This document shows, in pieces, positions 20,839 to 30,934 of a DNA stretch of 64,000 nucleotides (the stretch's first letter is position 1; the number at the start of each line of letters is the position of its first letter). Origin of the DNA: an uncultured Acidobacteriota bacterium (lineage in GTDB: Bacteria; Acidobacteriota; Thermoanaerobaculia; Gp7-AA8); contig CAVUKB010000005.1 of the NCBI GenBank assembly GCA_963741955.1, forward strand, positions 192,001 through 256,000, written 5' to 3'. Under the pieces are notes generated by a model that made no database searches, had not been told where the DNA came from, and was given only the letters and a program-made list of their open reading frames with translations. The position numbers were made by a program, and so were the translations under genes.

Positions 20839-22284
20839 TCAGAAGTCGGCGACGCGCTGGGCGATCGAGTCGAGAATCTCGATCGCTTTGCTGGAGCGGC
20901 CGGTGTGCTGATTGACGATGGCGGTCACGTAACGCACACCGCCGTTGCGGCCCACGATGATGCCGCTCAGTGCATTCACGCCGTCGAGCGTCCCGGTCTT
21001 CCCGCGGAAGCGATTCTCCAGTCCGGCGAGACGATGGTGCAGCGTCCCCTCTTCTCCCGGAGTGGCGAGGAGGGACCAGAAGAGACCACGACGCGGAGGC
21101 TCGTACATCCACCGCAGCAGCTTCACCGCCGCCGTCGGTGTGATGCGGTCCTCGACGGCGAGTCCCGAACCGTCGTCGAACGAGAAGTCGTTCCCGTCGA
21201 TGCCGACGGTGTTGATGAGAAAGTCACGTTCGATCGCTTCGGACGCGGGATACGACGCGGGATTCGGTCCGCCGAGGGACAGATCTTTGTAGAGCATCTC
21301 GGCGTAGAGATTCTGCGAATTCTTGAGGACGGTGGTGAGGAGGAGATAGTACGGCGGAGAGGTGCGAACCGCGAGCCTCGTGCTCCAGGTGTGCGGATCG
21401 GTGACCACGGATGGCGCGCTGCCGAGCGGGATCCCTGCTCGGCGGAGGACGTCGTCGAGCGCCATTGCGGCGTAAAGGCCGGGAGCGTCGGCACCGACGA
21501 GATCGGAAAACGTCTTGCCGACGAGCTCCGGCTTCACCTCGCCTCTCTCGTCGACCACGTCGTTGGAGACCACGAAGTTCAGGGGGCCGACCCCGCACCG
21601 AGTCGTGCTCGAGGCGGGAACGAAGCCGGGATCGGTGGTGATACCGAGAGCCGCGCAGTCGACGACGTTGGTAACCACGCCGATGGCGTTCTCGTTGTAC
21701 GCGAGTGCGTCGACCGGAACCGCGTAGTCGGATCCGATGTTGTCGTACTTCCAGCTTCCGGGGATCGTCTGGCGGTCGTACGCGGAGACGTCGGCGACGA
21801 CGCCACCGCGAATGGAGACGACGCCGTCCGAAGCGAGCGCGTCGAGGACGGGCCGGAACTCCGCGTCGCGATTCCCTTCGACGTAGCGTCCTCCGAGCGA
21901 TGGGTCTCCACCACCGCGGATGACGAGGTTGCCGTCGAGGATGCCGTCATGGACGGTGCCGTCGATCCAGAATTCGGTATCGAGGGTCTTCGCCACCCCG
22001 TCGCAGCCGACGACCGTAGCCATGGCGAACATCTTCCGGTTCGACGCAGGAGTCATCAGGATCTCGGGGTTGTGGGCGTAGAGCACGCGGCCGTTCGCGT
22101 CTTCGACCACGATTCCCCACACCGCGTGGTTGAACGGCGGTTGGCTGATGCGGGCATCGATGAAGCGCGCCAGCGACGGACGGGTACGTGCGGACGCGCA
22201 TCCGGTCACGGAAAGAAGGAGCGCCACGGTCATCGAAACGAGGAGCGGGAAGAGGCGGGATCGCTCGTTCAATCTCATTCTCAT
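20839..22284 (-). CDS. dacB: D-Ala-D-Ala carboxypeptidase/endopeptidase (peptidase S13, PBP4), probable lipoprotein
   Basis: PASNRK (SxxK), GGGDP, SQN, DGSGL, GKTGTL; VTGC lipobox; ATGA overlap with the upstream stop. Confidence 0.92.
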   Translation of the reverse strand: MRMRLNERSRLFPLLVSMTVALLLSVTGCASARTRPSLARFIDARISQPPFNHAVWGIVVEDANGRVLYAHNPEILMTPASNRKMFAMATVVGCDGVAKTLDTEFWIDGTVHDGILDGNLVIRGGGDPSLGGRYVEGNRDAEFRPVLDALASDGVVSIRGGVVADVSAYDRQTIPGSWKYDNIGSDYAVPVDALAYNENAIGVVTNVVDCAALGITTDPGFVPASSTTRCGVGPLNFVVSNDVVDERGEVKPELVGKTFSDLVGADAPGLYAAMALDDVLRRAGIPLGSAPSVVTDPHTWSTRLAVRTSPPYYLLLTTVLKNSQNLYAEMLYKDLSLGGPNPASYPASEAIERDFLINTVGIDGNDFSFDDGSGLAVEDRITPTAAVKLLRWMYEPPRRGLFWSLLATPGEEGTLHHRLAGLENRFRGKTGTLDGVNALSGIIVGRNGGVRYVTAIVNQHTGRSSKAIEILDSIAQRVADF

Positions 22285-23348
22285 GCGAAGTTCCATTCGT
22301 CGAACGCGGCCGACGTCTCGAGATTGTACTTCGCGAGACGCGGGAGCACATCCCACTCGATGGAAGGAAAGCGGCGGCGCATACGATCGGCGATGGAGAA
22401 GGATTGAAGAGTTGCGGCGTAGTCGCGGGCGTACGGGTAAACCGGCGAAACGGGTTCCATTTCAACCCCGCCGATCCCTGCGGGAGCCTCGCGATCGTGA
22501 GAACGGGACGATGACGAGACCTCGCCGAGGTCGAGGAAAGGTCTGACCCTGTCGAAAAGAGAGGGATCGGCACCGGCTTCGATGGCGGTAAGGAGGGCGT
22601 CGTACAGCGCAACGTGGTGGAACGACACGATGTCGCCGTCGCCGGCGATGAACGCTTCCAGGAGAACGCCGGCGAGACGGGCTCGCTCGGCCCGTTCGAA
22701 CGCGCGGGGGGACTGCTCGTCCCGTATGCCGTCGCCCGACTCCGCGTCAGAGTCGCCCTTCTCGCGAGATCCGCGACCCGCCGAGCCCCACTCCACGAGC
22801 GCGGTCCGAAGAATCCCGAACCGCCGCTCCGGGGGAAACCGTGCGGCAAGACGCCAGACCGCGGCCGCGACGATGAGGCCGTGCCCCAGGTCGTCGAGAA
22901 AGGACGAGGCGGCCTCGAAGAAAAGAGCGGCGAAGTCGTCCCGCTCCCGAACACTCACCAGCCATCGCTCCGCCGTCTCGAGGTCGCTCGAGGCGAGCGC
23001 TTCGTGCAGCCGGGCCGGATCGGTGAAAGCCGGATCGGGCGCCGGCTCGTTGAACACCGGAGGCTCCGTCCACGGCGGGCGCGACTGCCCGACATAGATC
23101 GCACACTCGGTGAGGATCTCCGCACTCAGCGGCGGAAATCGCTCCAGGAGATCGAACGCCGCGACGCACGCGAGGAGCGCGTGCTTTCCGTGCTGTGACG
23201 GCGTGAACCCGAGCACCGCGAATCCGGTGACGGAAAGAAGGGCCGCCTCCTCTCCCTCTTCGCGGGCGAGGCGCGGGATCTCTGCGCGGATCGCGTCGTC
23301 GTCCCGGACGATCAGCGATTCGAAGAGGGATGCGAAGGGGTTCGACAT
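22281..23348 (-). CDS. Hypothetical helical protein
   Basis: Coupled to both neighbours; GGAG RBS; protein-like composition from MSNPF. Confidence 0.7.
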   Translation of the reverse strand: MSNPFASLFESLIVRDDDAIRAEIPRLAREEGEEAALLSVTGFAVLGFTPSQHGKHALLACVAAFDLLERFPPLSAEILTECAIYVGQSRPPWTEPPVFNEPAPDPAFTDPARLHEALASSDLETAERWLVSVRERDDFAALFFEAASSFLDDLGHGLIVAAAVWRLAARFPPERRFGILRTALVEWGSAGRGSREKGDSDAESGDGIRDEQSPRAFERAERARLAGVLLEAFIAGDGDIVSFHHVALYDALLTAIEAGADPSLFDRVRPFLDLGEVSSSSRSHDREAPAGIGGVEMEPVSPVYPYARDYAATLQSFSIADRMRRRFPSIEWDVLPRLAKYNLETSAAFDEWNFA

Positions 23349-23644
23349 CACTCCTTCGGATTCTTCGGAACCTGCTTCCCCAGATCCTTTTTCGCTGCAG
23401 GCTTGACGTCGGTCGAAGTCGGCGCGTTCGGATCGGTGAGGACGCCGCCGTCGTTCGGAGAGCGCTCGTCGCCGATCTCGACGGTCTGGGTGAGCGCGGT
23501 ATCGGTGTCCGTGGTGTCGGTCCCGGCGTCGGGCGTCGCGGCACGGATGGTCTCGGTCGGAATCCCGCGCTTCTGCCGGTTTGCGCATCCGGCGAGCGGG
23601 AGCGCAACGAGAACGAGAGCCGCGACCGCGAGACGTCCTGTCAT
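23348..23644 (-). CDS. Small lipoprotein
   Basis: LPLAGC lipobox followed by a Thr/Asp-rich low-complexity region. Confidence 0.7.
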   Translation of the reverse strand: MTGRLAVAALVLVALPLAGCANRQKRGIPTETIRAATPDAGTDTTDTDTALTQTVEIGDERSPNDGGVLTDPNAPTSTDVKPAAKKDLGKQVPKNPKE

Positions 23645-23723
23645 ACGGACGAGGCAATGCAACCGAGGGACCATTGGAGATCGGCCCCGCCGAGAGTCTG
23701 CGCACATTGCGCCATTGGCGTCT

Positions 23724-23912
23724 GTGGGTTGGGCGTCTCGTCCGAGGCAGGGCGGCGTCCCGCGCCGCCCTCCCCAGGGCAGGTTGCGACGGTCGTCCCT
23801 AGACGAGAGAGACGAATGCACCACATCGCGAGAGGAAGGATCCGCGTGGCGTTGACGCCATCGCTCCCCGGCAGGATGCCGGGGGGAGCCTCGCGCGTGA
23901 CGCGCGACCCAC
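23724..23912 (+). repeat. Dispersed copy of the 189-bp REPIN-like cassette
   Basis: GTGGGTTGG...CAGGGCGGCGTCCCGCGCCGCCCT...GCTCCCCGGCAGGATGCCGGGG...GACCCAC. Confidence 0.88.
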
Positions 23913-24049
23913 TGTGCAGGGGGGAATCGCCATCCGGGCCCCACGAGCGCGATCGTTCCGGCGGCGTCGTCCGCTCGATTTATGTCAAATCCTCCTCCGC
24001 TCCAGCCCGCCTACACCTCACGCACGCCATCGCATATCATTCGCGGGTG

Positions 24050-25624
24050 ATGAAGAAACGCATCGGCATTTTCGGCTGGGGCGTAGTCGCCCCGAAATCC
24101 CCCGACATCGACAGGTTCGCCGAGAATCTCGAAAAGGCTGGCAACTGGCTCGAGCCTTTTCGCGGCTTCGGTCCCTCGAATTTCCTGGTCGGCATCCCCG
24201 AATTCGACTTCAACGACTATCGCGACTGGTTCGACCAGCGCTTCGCTCCCTCCAAGTTCGGTCAGCTGAACGAGAAGATGGGACCGATGACGAAGTTTGC
24301 GATGGGTGCATTCATCCAGTCGCTCCGCCAGAACGATGGCATCGAGGGTTACCTCAAGTCACTCGGACAGCAGTGTCACGTCTACGTCGGCACAGGGCTC
24401 GGCGAGATCACCATCCAGCACGAGCAGTCGGTCCGTTTCGACCGCGCGCTCAAACGCTGGAACGCGTTCTGGGGGTCGCCGGAGCGCTGTGATGCGTTGC
24501 GCCAGCACTTCACCGGCGATCCTGAACCGGATGCTCCGCAGAATCCGGAAGACGTTCCGATGGGCACCGAGGAGTGGATCGAGGCGAAGCATGCGTGGGA
24601 GGCGTTCTGGACCACGAAGAGCGACGCGCTCCACGATTATCTCGACGAGGCGGCGGAGATTCACGGAGAGCCCGTTCCTCCCTCCTCGGGTTCGGCGAAG
24701 CTCGGGCTGATCCGCCAGAAGCTGAACCGGATCAAGGCACTGAACCGGAAGTGGGGATGCCCCGAGGAGCCGTGGGCAGCGGTGTCGGCGAACCTCCTGT
24801 GGAACATCGCGAACATTCCGGCGGCGCAGATCTCGATGATCGGCGGGATCATGGGGCGCGCGATCGCCCCGGTCGCGGCGTGCGCTTCGTTCGGCATCGC
24901 GCTCAAGCTCGCGATCAACGCGATCGAGGTGGGAGACGCGACGGCCGCGGTGGTGGGGATGACGGATCCTCCCCCGCACGGCGTGACCATCTCCGCGTTC
25001 TACAACGCGAACGTCCTCGCGGCGGATCCGAACGTCTCACGTCCGCTCACCGGACTGAAAGGCACTCACGTCGCCGGGGGCTCGTGCGTCTGGATCGTCG
25101 GCGACGCCGATGCGATGATGGCTCAGGGATTCAAACCGCTGGGGATGGAGATCGTCGCCGTCGGGACCTCATCCGACGCACATCACATCATCACCCCGTC
25201 CAAAGGCGGTCCGCAGCTCGCGATGAAGGAAGCGATGCGCGGGATCGATGCGAAGGAGATCCTCACCTGGGACATGCACGCCACGGCGACTCCGGGCGAC
25301 TCGACGGAAGTCGAGCATTCGCTCGAGCTGCTGCACTCGGATGTGCTCTTCACCGCTCGGAAAGGAACGTTCGGCCATGGCATGTCCGTCGGCGGAGGAT
25401 GGGAGCTGACCGCTCAGCACCTCGGCGTCCAGCGCGGGAAGCTCTTCCCGGTGGTGCTCACGGAGGGCGAGCTGCACGCGGACATTCAGATCCACCAGGC
25501 GAAGTTCGTCCAGCAGGAGGGGTGCGCGGTGCAGCCCGGCTACTCCGGGAAACTGAGCATGGGGATCGGCGGGGTCAACTCTTGCGTGATCAGCCGGCCG
25601 TGGGACGCGGGAGAGAAGAAGTAG
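24050..25624 (+). CDS. Beta-ketoacyl synthase (FabF/FabB-like) with large insertion
   Basis: YVGTGLG, AACAS (Cys), SSDAHHI, DMHATAT, KGTFGH, SMGIGGVN. Confidence 0.85.
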   Translation: MKKRIGIFGWGVVAPKSPDIDRFAENLEKAGNWLEPFRGFGPSNFLVGIPEFDFNDYRDWFDQRFAPSKFGQLNEKMGPMTKFAMGAFIQSLRQNDGIEGYLKSLGQQCHVYVGTGLGEITIQHEQSVRFDRALKRWNAFWGSPERCDALRQHFTGDPEPDAPQNPEDVPMGTEEWIEAKHAWEAFWTTKSDALHDYLDEAAEIHGEPVPPSSGSAKLGLIRQKLNRIKALNRKWGCPEEPWAAVSANLLWNIANIPAAQISMIGGIMGRAIAPVAACASFGIALKLAINAIEVGDATAAVVGMTDPPPHGVTISAFYNANVLAADPNVSRPLTGLKGTHVAGGSCVWIVGDADAMMAQGFKPLGMEIVAVGTSSDAHHIITPSKGGPQLAMKEAMRGIDAKEILTWDMHATATPGDSTEVEHSLELLHSDVLFTARKGTFGHGMSVGGGWELTAQHLGVQRGKLFPVVLTEGELHADIQIHQAKFVQQEGCAVQPGYSGKLSMGIGGVNSCVISRPWDAGEKK

Positions 25625-26076
25625 ATTTGCCATAGCTTGGACGGGCGCTTTTCGCCAGAACGAGTATGGGGCGCGGAAAGGACTACGGCTTCGAGCACGA
25701 TTTCATTTGCGCGATTTGCCATAACCCGGGCGGGCACTTTTTGCCGGAACGAGCACGGTGGGCGCAAAGGCAGCGGCTTCGAGAGCGATTTCATTTGCGC
25801 GATTTGCAGGCACCGCAACTCCGTTCAGCCCGAGGCGTAGGAACAACGGAGGCTTTGAAATCGTCGCAGCTCCGCTTCCGGGCCGGGTGGTCTTCAAATC
25901 GCGCAATTCAAATCGTCCTCGACGTCCGCGCCCGCTCCACCACGCCGCTCGCGCTTGCCGAAGACGCCCGTTCAACCGATGGCAAATCGCGCAATTGAAA
26001 TCGTCCTCGAAGCCTCTGCCCATGCGTGCGCGGCGTTCGCACCTGCAGCAAGCGCCGGCCCGGACTATAGGAAATC
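25624..26076. repeat. Cluster of ~88-bp units with core GGCTTCGAGAGCGATTTCATTTGCGCGATTTGCCAT, forward copies then inverted copies
   Basis: Cores at 25687 and 25775 (+), and at ~25896 and 25979 (-); intervening segments resemble each other. Confidence 0.8.
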
Positions 26077-26713
26077 AGAACGTCTCTCTCCACGCTTCAT
26101 GTCCCGTGATGATCGCGAGCGATCTGTCGAGTAACTCCCGATTCTCCTCGCGGTTGAGCCACGTCGAACGGCCGGAGGGGTGCGGGAGGACGACGACGTC
26201 GAAGCAGTGGCCTGCGCGCTCGACCCGGTGGATCCGCCCGACGGCGTCGGCGAGCTTCGATCGGCCGGTCAGTTCCAGCGAGGCGAGGGTTCCGACTGCG
26301 ATCACCAGCTTCGGTTCGAGCAGACGGATCTCGCGGTCCAGGTGCGCCGAGCAATTCGCGATCTCTTCCGGCGACGGAGGGCGGTCGCCTCCGGCCGGGC
26401 TGCGCCCCGGGAAGCAGCGCGCGACGGCGCCGATCCAGACGTGTGCGCGGAATGCGTCCTCGTTCACGCCCCGCTCGGCAAACCACGCAAAGAGCTTCTT
26501 CCCCGCGGTGTATGCGAAGGGGCGCCGCTCCGCCTCCTCCCGCGGGCCGGGGGCCTGGCCGATCAGAAGGATGGAGGCATTCTCGACCGGTCCGGTGACC
26601 GGAGTTCCGCAGACGTCCGGACAGAGCCGGCAGGCGAAGAGCATCTCGAGATGCCGCAGATATTCCGAATGCCTCCCTTTCGAGCCCGTTTTGCGCTTCG
26701 AAGTTCGATTCAA
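26075..26713 (-). CDS. Uracil-DNA glycosylase superfamily protein
   Basis: CRLC, IGQAPG, RCFPG, LPHPSG; exact start uncertain. Confidence 0.88.
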   Translation of the reverse strand: MNRTSKRKTGSKGRHSEYLRHLEMLFACRLCPDVCGTPVTGPVENASILLIGQAPGPREEAERRPFAYTAGKKLFAWFAERGVNEDAFRAHVWIGAVARCFPGRSPAGGDRPPSPEEIANCSAHLDREIRLLEPKLVIAVGTLASLELTGRSKLADAVGRIHRVERAGHCFDVVVLPHPSGRSTWLNREENRELLDRSLAIITGHEAWRETF

Positions 26714-26714
26714 A

Positions 26715-26743
26715 TTGACTCTCTCTCCCCCGCTCCATAAGAT
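26715..26743 (+). promoter_or_regulatory. Sigma-70 promoter TTGACT-N17-TAAGAT for the purH cluster
   Basis: Consensus match; ATG 8 nt downstream with no SD. Confidence 0.65.
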
Positions 26744-26751
26744 CGTTGCCG

Positions 26752-27477
26752 ATGCCGCGCACCCTTGCCCGATTCGCCGTCATCGCTCCCCTTCTGCTCC
26801 TGATCGGATGGACACCCGCATCCGAGCAGAGGATCGCGCGGAAAGGGGCGGAGCTCGCTCCGCCGGACCTGAAGCTGCTGATCGATCTCTATTCCGAAGA
26901 CTACCAGAACGGACTCGCACGCGCCGCCGCTGCGGGAGCACAACGCTCGTCTCCCGGCACGCTCCAGTCAGAGATCGAGCGGGAAACTCAATCCGCGATC
27001 CGGATGGTCCGTACCCACCAGCCGCTCACATCGTTCGTCGAACGCCTCGGCGTGCTCGCCCATCTGGTCGGGAGAGCGAACAATCCGTTCTCGTTCGTCC
27101 CGCCCGATTCCAGACTGGCACCGAGCGCGGACGATTTCGCGCGTTACCTGGACTCGCGGATGTCCGTCTTCCCCACCGTGTTCTACGGTCTCGACGACGA
27201 CCTCCGCCTCGACCGGTACGTCGGCGGGATGCTCAACCGGACCCGCAGGCTGACACCGCTGCTCGACGAGGAGTACTTCCGCTTCGGGCAGCGCCGCAAC
27301 TGGCGCGACTTCGACGACCACTCGACGGCGTTCGGCGTCGCGTCGCTCTCCTACTCCCATTCCGTGACCGATCTCGTCAACCTCTATTACTACATATGGA
27401 AGGAAGCAGGTGGAGACGTCCGCACCGCGCGCGCGTTGCGAAAGGGAAACCTGCTGTTGAACGAACATGCCCGCTGA
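26752..27477 (+). CDS. Secreted hypothetical protein, possibly a degenerate phospholipase C/P1 nuclease fold
   Basis: Signal peptide followed by Trp; LGVLAHLVGRANNP; overlaps purH. Confidence 0.6.
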   Translation: MPRTLARFAVIAPLLLLIGWTPASEQRIARKGAELAPPDLKLLIDLYSEDYQNGLARAAAAGAQRSSPGTLQSEIERETQSAIRMVRTHQPLTSFVERLGVLAHLVGRANNPFSFVPPDSRLAPSADDFARYLDSRMSVFPTVFYGLDDDLRLDRYVGGMLNRTRRLTPLLDEEYFRFGQRRNWRDFDDHSTAFGVASLSYSHSVTDLVNLYYYIWKEAGGDVRTARALRKGNLLLNEHAR

Positions 27478-28987
27478 AAGAGCCATCCTCTCCGTTTACG
27501 ACAAGACCGGAATCGTGGATCTTGCACGGTTCCTCACCGGCCGCGGCGTCGAGATCCTCTCGACCGGCGGCACCGCGCGGCACCTGACCGAAGCCGGCAT
27601 CGAGGTCACACCGATCTCGAAATACACCGGCGCGCCCGAGATCCTGGGCGGGAGGGTCAAGTCTCTCCATCCCAGAGTTTTCGGCGGAATTCTGTTCGAT
27701 CGCGCCAACGAAGCGCATCGAAAGGATGTCGAGCAACAGGGAATCGGCGAGATCGGGCTGGTGGTGGTGAATCTCTACCCCTTCGAGGCGACCATCGCGC
27801 GGGAGGGAGTGACGCTGGCTGAAGCGATCGAGCAGATCGACATCGGAGGTCCATCGATGCTCCGTGCCGCCGCGAAGAACTTCAGGAACGTGGTGGTGCT
27901 CTGCAATCCGGAATCGTACGAGGAGTACATGACCGAAGCACGCGGTGGCGCGCTCTCGGAGGAGTTCAGGAAGCGGTCCGCAGCGGCGGTCTTCGAAATG
28001 ACGTCGCGTTATGACGCGGCGATCGCGACGTTTCTCAGCGGAAAGGAAGCGACCGCGTCGTCACTTCCGGACGAGCTCGAGCTGAGCCTCCACAAGGTGC
28101 AGGAGCTTCGCTATGGTGAGAATCCGCAGCAGAGCGCGGCGTTCTACCGAGCGATGGTTCCCGGAGCCGCGACGCCGTTCGTGCAGTTGCAGGGGAAGGA
28201 GCTCTCCTACAACAATCTTCTCGACCTCGATGCTGCCTGGAAACTCGCGCAGGCGTTCGACGAGACGGCGGCGGCGGTGATCAAGCACACCAACCCGGCC
28301 GGCGCGGCGAAGGGTTCGACCATCGGTGAGGCGCTGAAACGCGCGATCGAGACCGATCCGGTTTCAGCGTTCGGCGGGATCGTGGCGACCAATCGCGAGT
28401 TCGACGCGGCGGCGGCGGAAGCGGTCGGCTCCCTCTTTCTCGAGGTGGTGGTCGCCCCCTCTTTCTCCGAAGACGCGCTGGCGCGCCTGGAGAAGAAGAA
28501 GAATCTGAGGATCATCGTTGCGGAGAAGCTCGAAACGCCATTCGAGATCCGCGCCGCGGCAGGGGGCTTCCTGGTTCAGAAGGCGGACGTCCTCTCGACC
28601 GAAGGATGGCGCGTAGCGTCGAAGAAGCAACCGAACGACGAGCAGATGGCATCGATGAAGTTCGCCTGGTCGGTCTGCATGCACGTGAAGTCGAACGCAA
28701 TCGTCCTGGCAAAGGAGAATCAGCTGGTCGGCGTCGGGGCAGGGCAGATGAGCCGCGTCGATTCGTGCAGGATCGCGGTGATGAAGGCGAATCTTCCGAC
28801 GATGGGGACGGTGGCGGCATCCGACGCGTTCTTCCCCTTCCGGGACGGCGTCGACGTCCTGGCAGAGGCGGGAGTCACTGCAGTGATCCAGCCGGGCGGC
28901 TCGGTGCGTGACGAGGAGGTGGTCGCCGCGGCCGATGAGCGTGGATTGGTGATGGTCTTCACCGGCGAACGGCACTTCCGCCACTGA
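27467..28987 (+). CDS. purH: Bifunctional AICAR transformylase/IMP cyclohydrolase
   Basis: [45 protein letters not shown]. Confidence 0.98.
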   Translation: MPAERAILSVYDKTGIVDLARFLTGRGVEILSTGGTARHLTEAGIEVTPISKYTGAPEILGGRVKSLHPRVFGGILFDRANEAHRKDVEQQGIGEIGLVVVNLYPFEATIAREGVTLAEAIEQIDIGGPSMLRAAAKNFRNVVVLCNPESYEEYMTEARGGALSEEFRKRSAAAVFEMTSRYDAAIATFLSGKEATASSLPDELELSLHKVQELRYGENPQQSAAFYRAMVPGAATPFVQLQGKELSYNNLLDLDAAWKLAQAFDETAAAVIKHTNPAGAAKGSTIGEALKRAIETDPVSAFGGIVATNREFDAAAAEAVGSLFLEVVVAPSFSEDALARLEKKKNLRIIVAEKLETPFEIRAAAGGFLVQKADVLSTEGWRVASKKQPNDEQMASMKFAWSVCMHVKSNAIVLAKENQLVGVGAGQMSRVDSCRIAVMKANLPTMGTVAASDAFFPFRDGVDVLAEAGVTAVIQPGGSVRDEEVVAAADERGLVMVFTGERHFRH

Positions 28988-28994
28988 GCGCGCG

Positions 28995-29528
28995 ATGACG
29001 GTCGACGTCAAGCAGATCCGAATCATCGTCTCCGACGTCGACGGCGTCTGGACGGACGGGAAGATCATCTATTCCGGTGACCATCGCGAGATCAAGGAGT
29101 TCAACGTCCGGGACGGCCTCGGCGTCAAGCTTGCGCAGCGCGCCGGCATCGAGGTGGCGGTGATCACCAGCCGCCGCTCGAAGGCGCTCGACCGCCGCTG
29201 TCGCGAGCTCGGCGTGCGCGAAGTGGTGCAGGGTGCCCGGGAGAAGATGAGCGAGCTCCGGAAGATCCTCGAGGCGAGAAGCCTGGGGTTCGAGAGTCTC
29301 TGCTACATCGGAGACGACCTTCCCGATCTGGCGGCGATCGAAGCGGCCGCGCTTTCTGCCGCACCCGCGGACGCAGTGGCGGAGATTCGTGCCGTCGCGA
29401 CGTGGACTCTCGCCTGCCGCGGAGGCGAAGGTGCGTTCCGGGAGCTGGTGGAGCGGATCCTGCGCGAGCGAGGAGAGTGGGACGGAGTGGTGGATGAATA
29501 CCGGGCGGCGAAGATTGCACGGAGCTGA
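28995..29528 (+). CDS. kdsC: KDO 8-phosphate phosphatase (HAD)
   Basis: [29 protein letters not shown]. Confidence 0.9.
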   Translation: MTVDVKQIRIIVSDVDGVWTDGKIIYSGDHREIKEFNVRDGLGVKLAQRAGIEVAVITSRRSKALDRRCRELGVREVVQGAREKMSELRKILEARSLGFESLCYIGDDLPDLAAIEAAALSAAPADAVAEIRAVATWTLACRGGEGAFRELVERILRERGEWDGVVDEYRAAKIARS

Positions 29529-29601
29529 GCAAGAGAGAAGATGACTTCACACCTCCCCCCGGCTTCCTTCGCCGTTTTGAATCCTGCATTCGGGTTTCCT
29601 C

Positions 29602-30483
29602 ATGGCGCGTAAACCCCACAAGCTGAAGAACAGCGTCATCTACGGCGCACTCTCCCTCGCGAGCGGATTCGCGAGGCGGCTCTCGCTTCCCACGGCACGC
29701 TCACTCGGAGCCATGGTCGGAGGGGTGGCGCATGCGGTGCTCGGAAGGGAACGGAGGAAGGCGCTGCGGCACCTCGCGATGGCGTTTCCGGAGATGCCGG
29801 AGGCGCGGCGGTCCGACATTGCCTCGTCCATGTTCCGGCACCTCGGCGAGTCGCTCTTCGAGATCGGGTGGATGCCGAACCTCGGCGCAAACAATCTTCA
29901 CGAACTGACCGTATTCGACGGAGTGGAGAACATGCAGGCGGCGGTCGACAGCGGGCGCGGCGTGGTCCTCTTCACCGGACACTGCGGGAACTGGGAGTGG
30001 ATGGCGGCATCGATCGGGCTGCTCGGTTTCTCGATGAGCGTGATCGCGCGGGAGATCTACGACCCGCGGATCAACGAGTTCGTGGTGGTGTCGCGCGCAC
30101 GACACGACGTCCGCACCATCGGCCGCGGTTCGGCGGCATCCGCGAAAGAGATGCTCCAGACCCTTCGCCGCGGCGAGATCCTCGGCGTGCTGATCGACCA
30201 GAGCCTGCGGGCGGAATCAGGGAACGTGCCGTTCTTCGGGATCCCTGCTCCGACTCCGATCGGCCCGGCACGGATGGCGATCCGTTCCGGTGCGATGGCC
30301 ATCGCCGGATTCATCGAGCGGCGGGACGGGATGCAGTACGTACGATTCGAGGCGCCCATCGAGACGTCGCGCGATGACGACGCGGTGGAACTGACTGCGC
30401 GGCTCACGAAGTCGATCGAAGATCAGATCCGCAGAGCTCCGGAGCAGTGGGTCTGGATGCACGAGCGGTGGAAGCTGCGATAG
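29602..30483 (+). CDS. Lipid A late acyltransferase (LpxL/HtrB family)
   Basis: HCGNWE, LIDQ, PFFG, PEQWVWMHERWK. Confidence 0.9.
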   Translation: MARKPHKLKNSVIYGALSLASGFARRLSLPTARSLGAMVGGVAHAVLGRERRKALRHLAMAFPEMPEARRSDIASSMFRHLGESLFEIGWMPNLGANNLHELTVFDGVENMQAAVDSGRGVVLFTGHCGNWEWMAASIGLLGFSMSVIAREIYDPRINEFVVVSRARHDVRTIGRGSAASAKEMLQTLRRGEILGVLIDQSLRAESGNVPFFGIPAPTPIGPARMAIRSGAMAIAGFIERRDGMQYVRFEAPIETSRDDDAVELTARLTKSIEDQIRRAPEQWVWMHERWKLR

Positions 30484-30516
30484 CTCCCCTGTGGCCGACG
30501 TTTCAGGCGGAGCACA

Positions 30517-30717
30517 GTGGGTCGCGCCAGGTGGGTCGCGCATTCTGCGCGAGGCTTCCCGGCATCGTGCCGGGGAGCGATGGCGCCAACGAGTCGCCAG
30601 TCGTTCCTCTCGCGCGGGGGTGCGTTCGTGTCTCTTTACTCGGGACGATCATCGTATCTTGCCCGGGGCAGGGCGGCGCGGGACGCCGCCCTGCATCGGA
30701 CCGGAGGTCCAACCCAC
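30517..30717 (-). repeat. Inverted copy of the REPIN-like cassette
   Basis: Reverse complement of the 189-bp cassette (30531-30717) plus an extra GTGGGTCGCG half-site; lies between convergent genes. Confidence 0.85.
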
Positions 30718-30934
30718 TGGTGCCACCCTGCATCGGGCGAGGACGCAGAGTCTTCGATCTCTCGAATTCCGTTCTGCGTATCCGGACTCCAAAAGTTTGG
30801 TAAACCGTGCGTCTCTCCCCAGTCGGTTCCTTCCACCAAACTTTTGGAGCAGCGCTGCGAAGACGAGTTCTCCAGCCGGCAGATCCTCTCCTCGAACTTC
30901 GAGCAGGAATCTTTGAAAGTTCGGCCACGACCGC

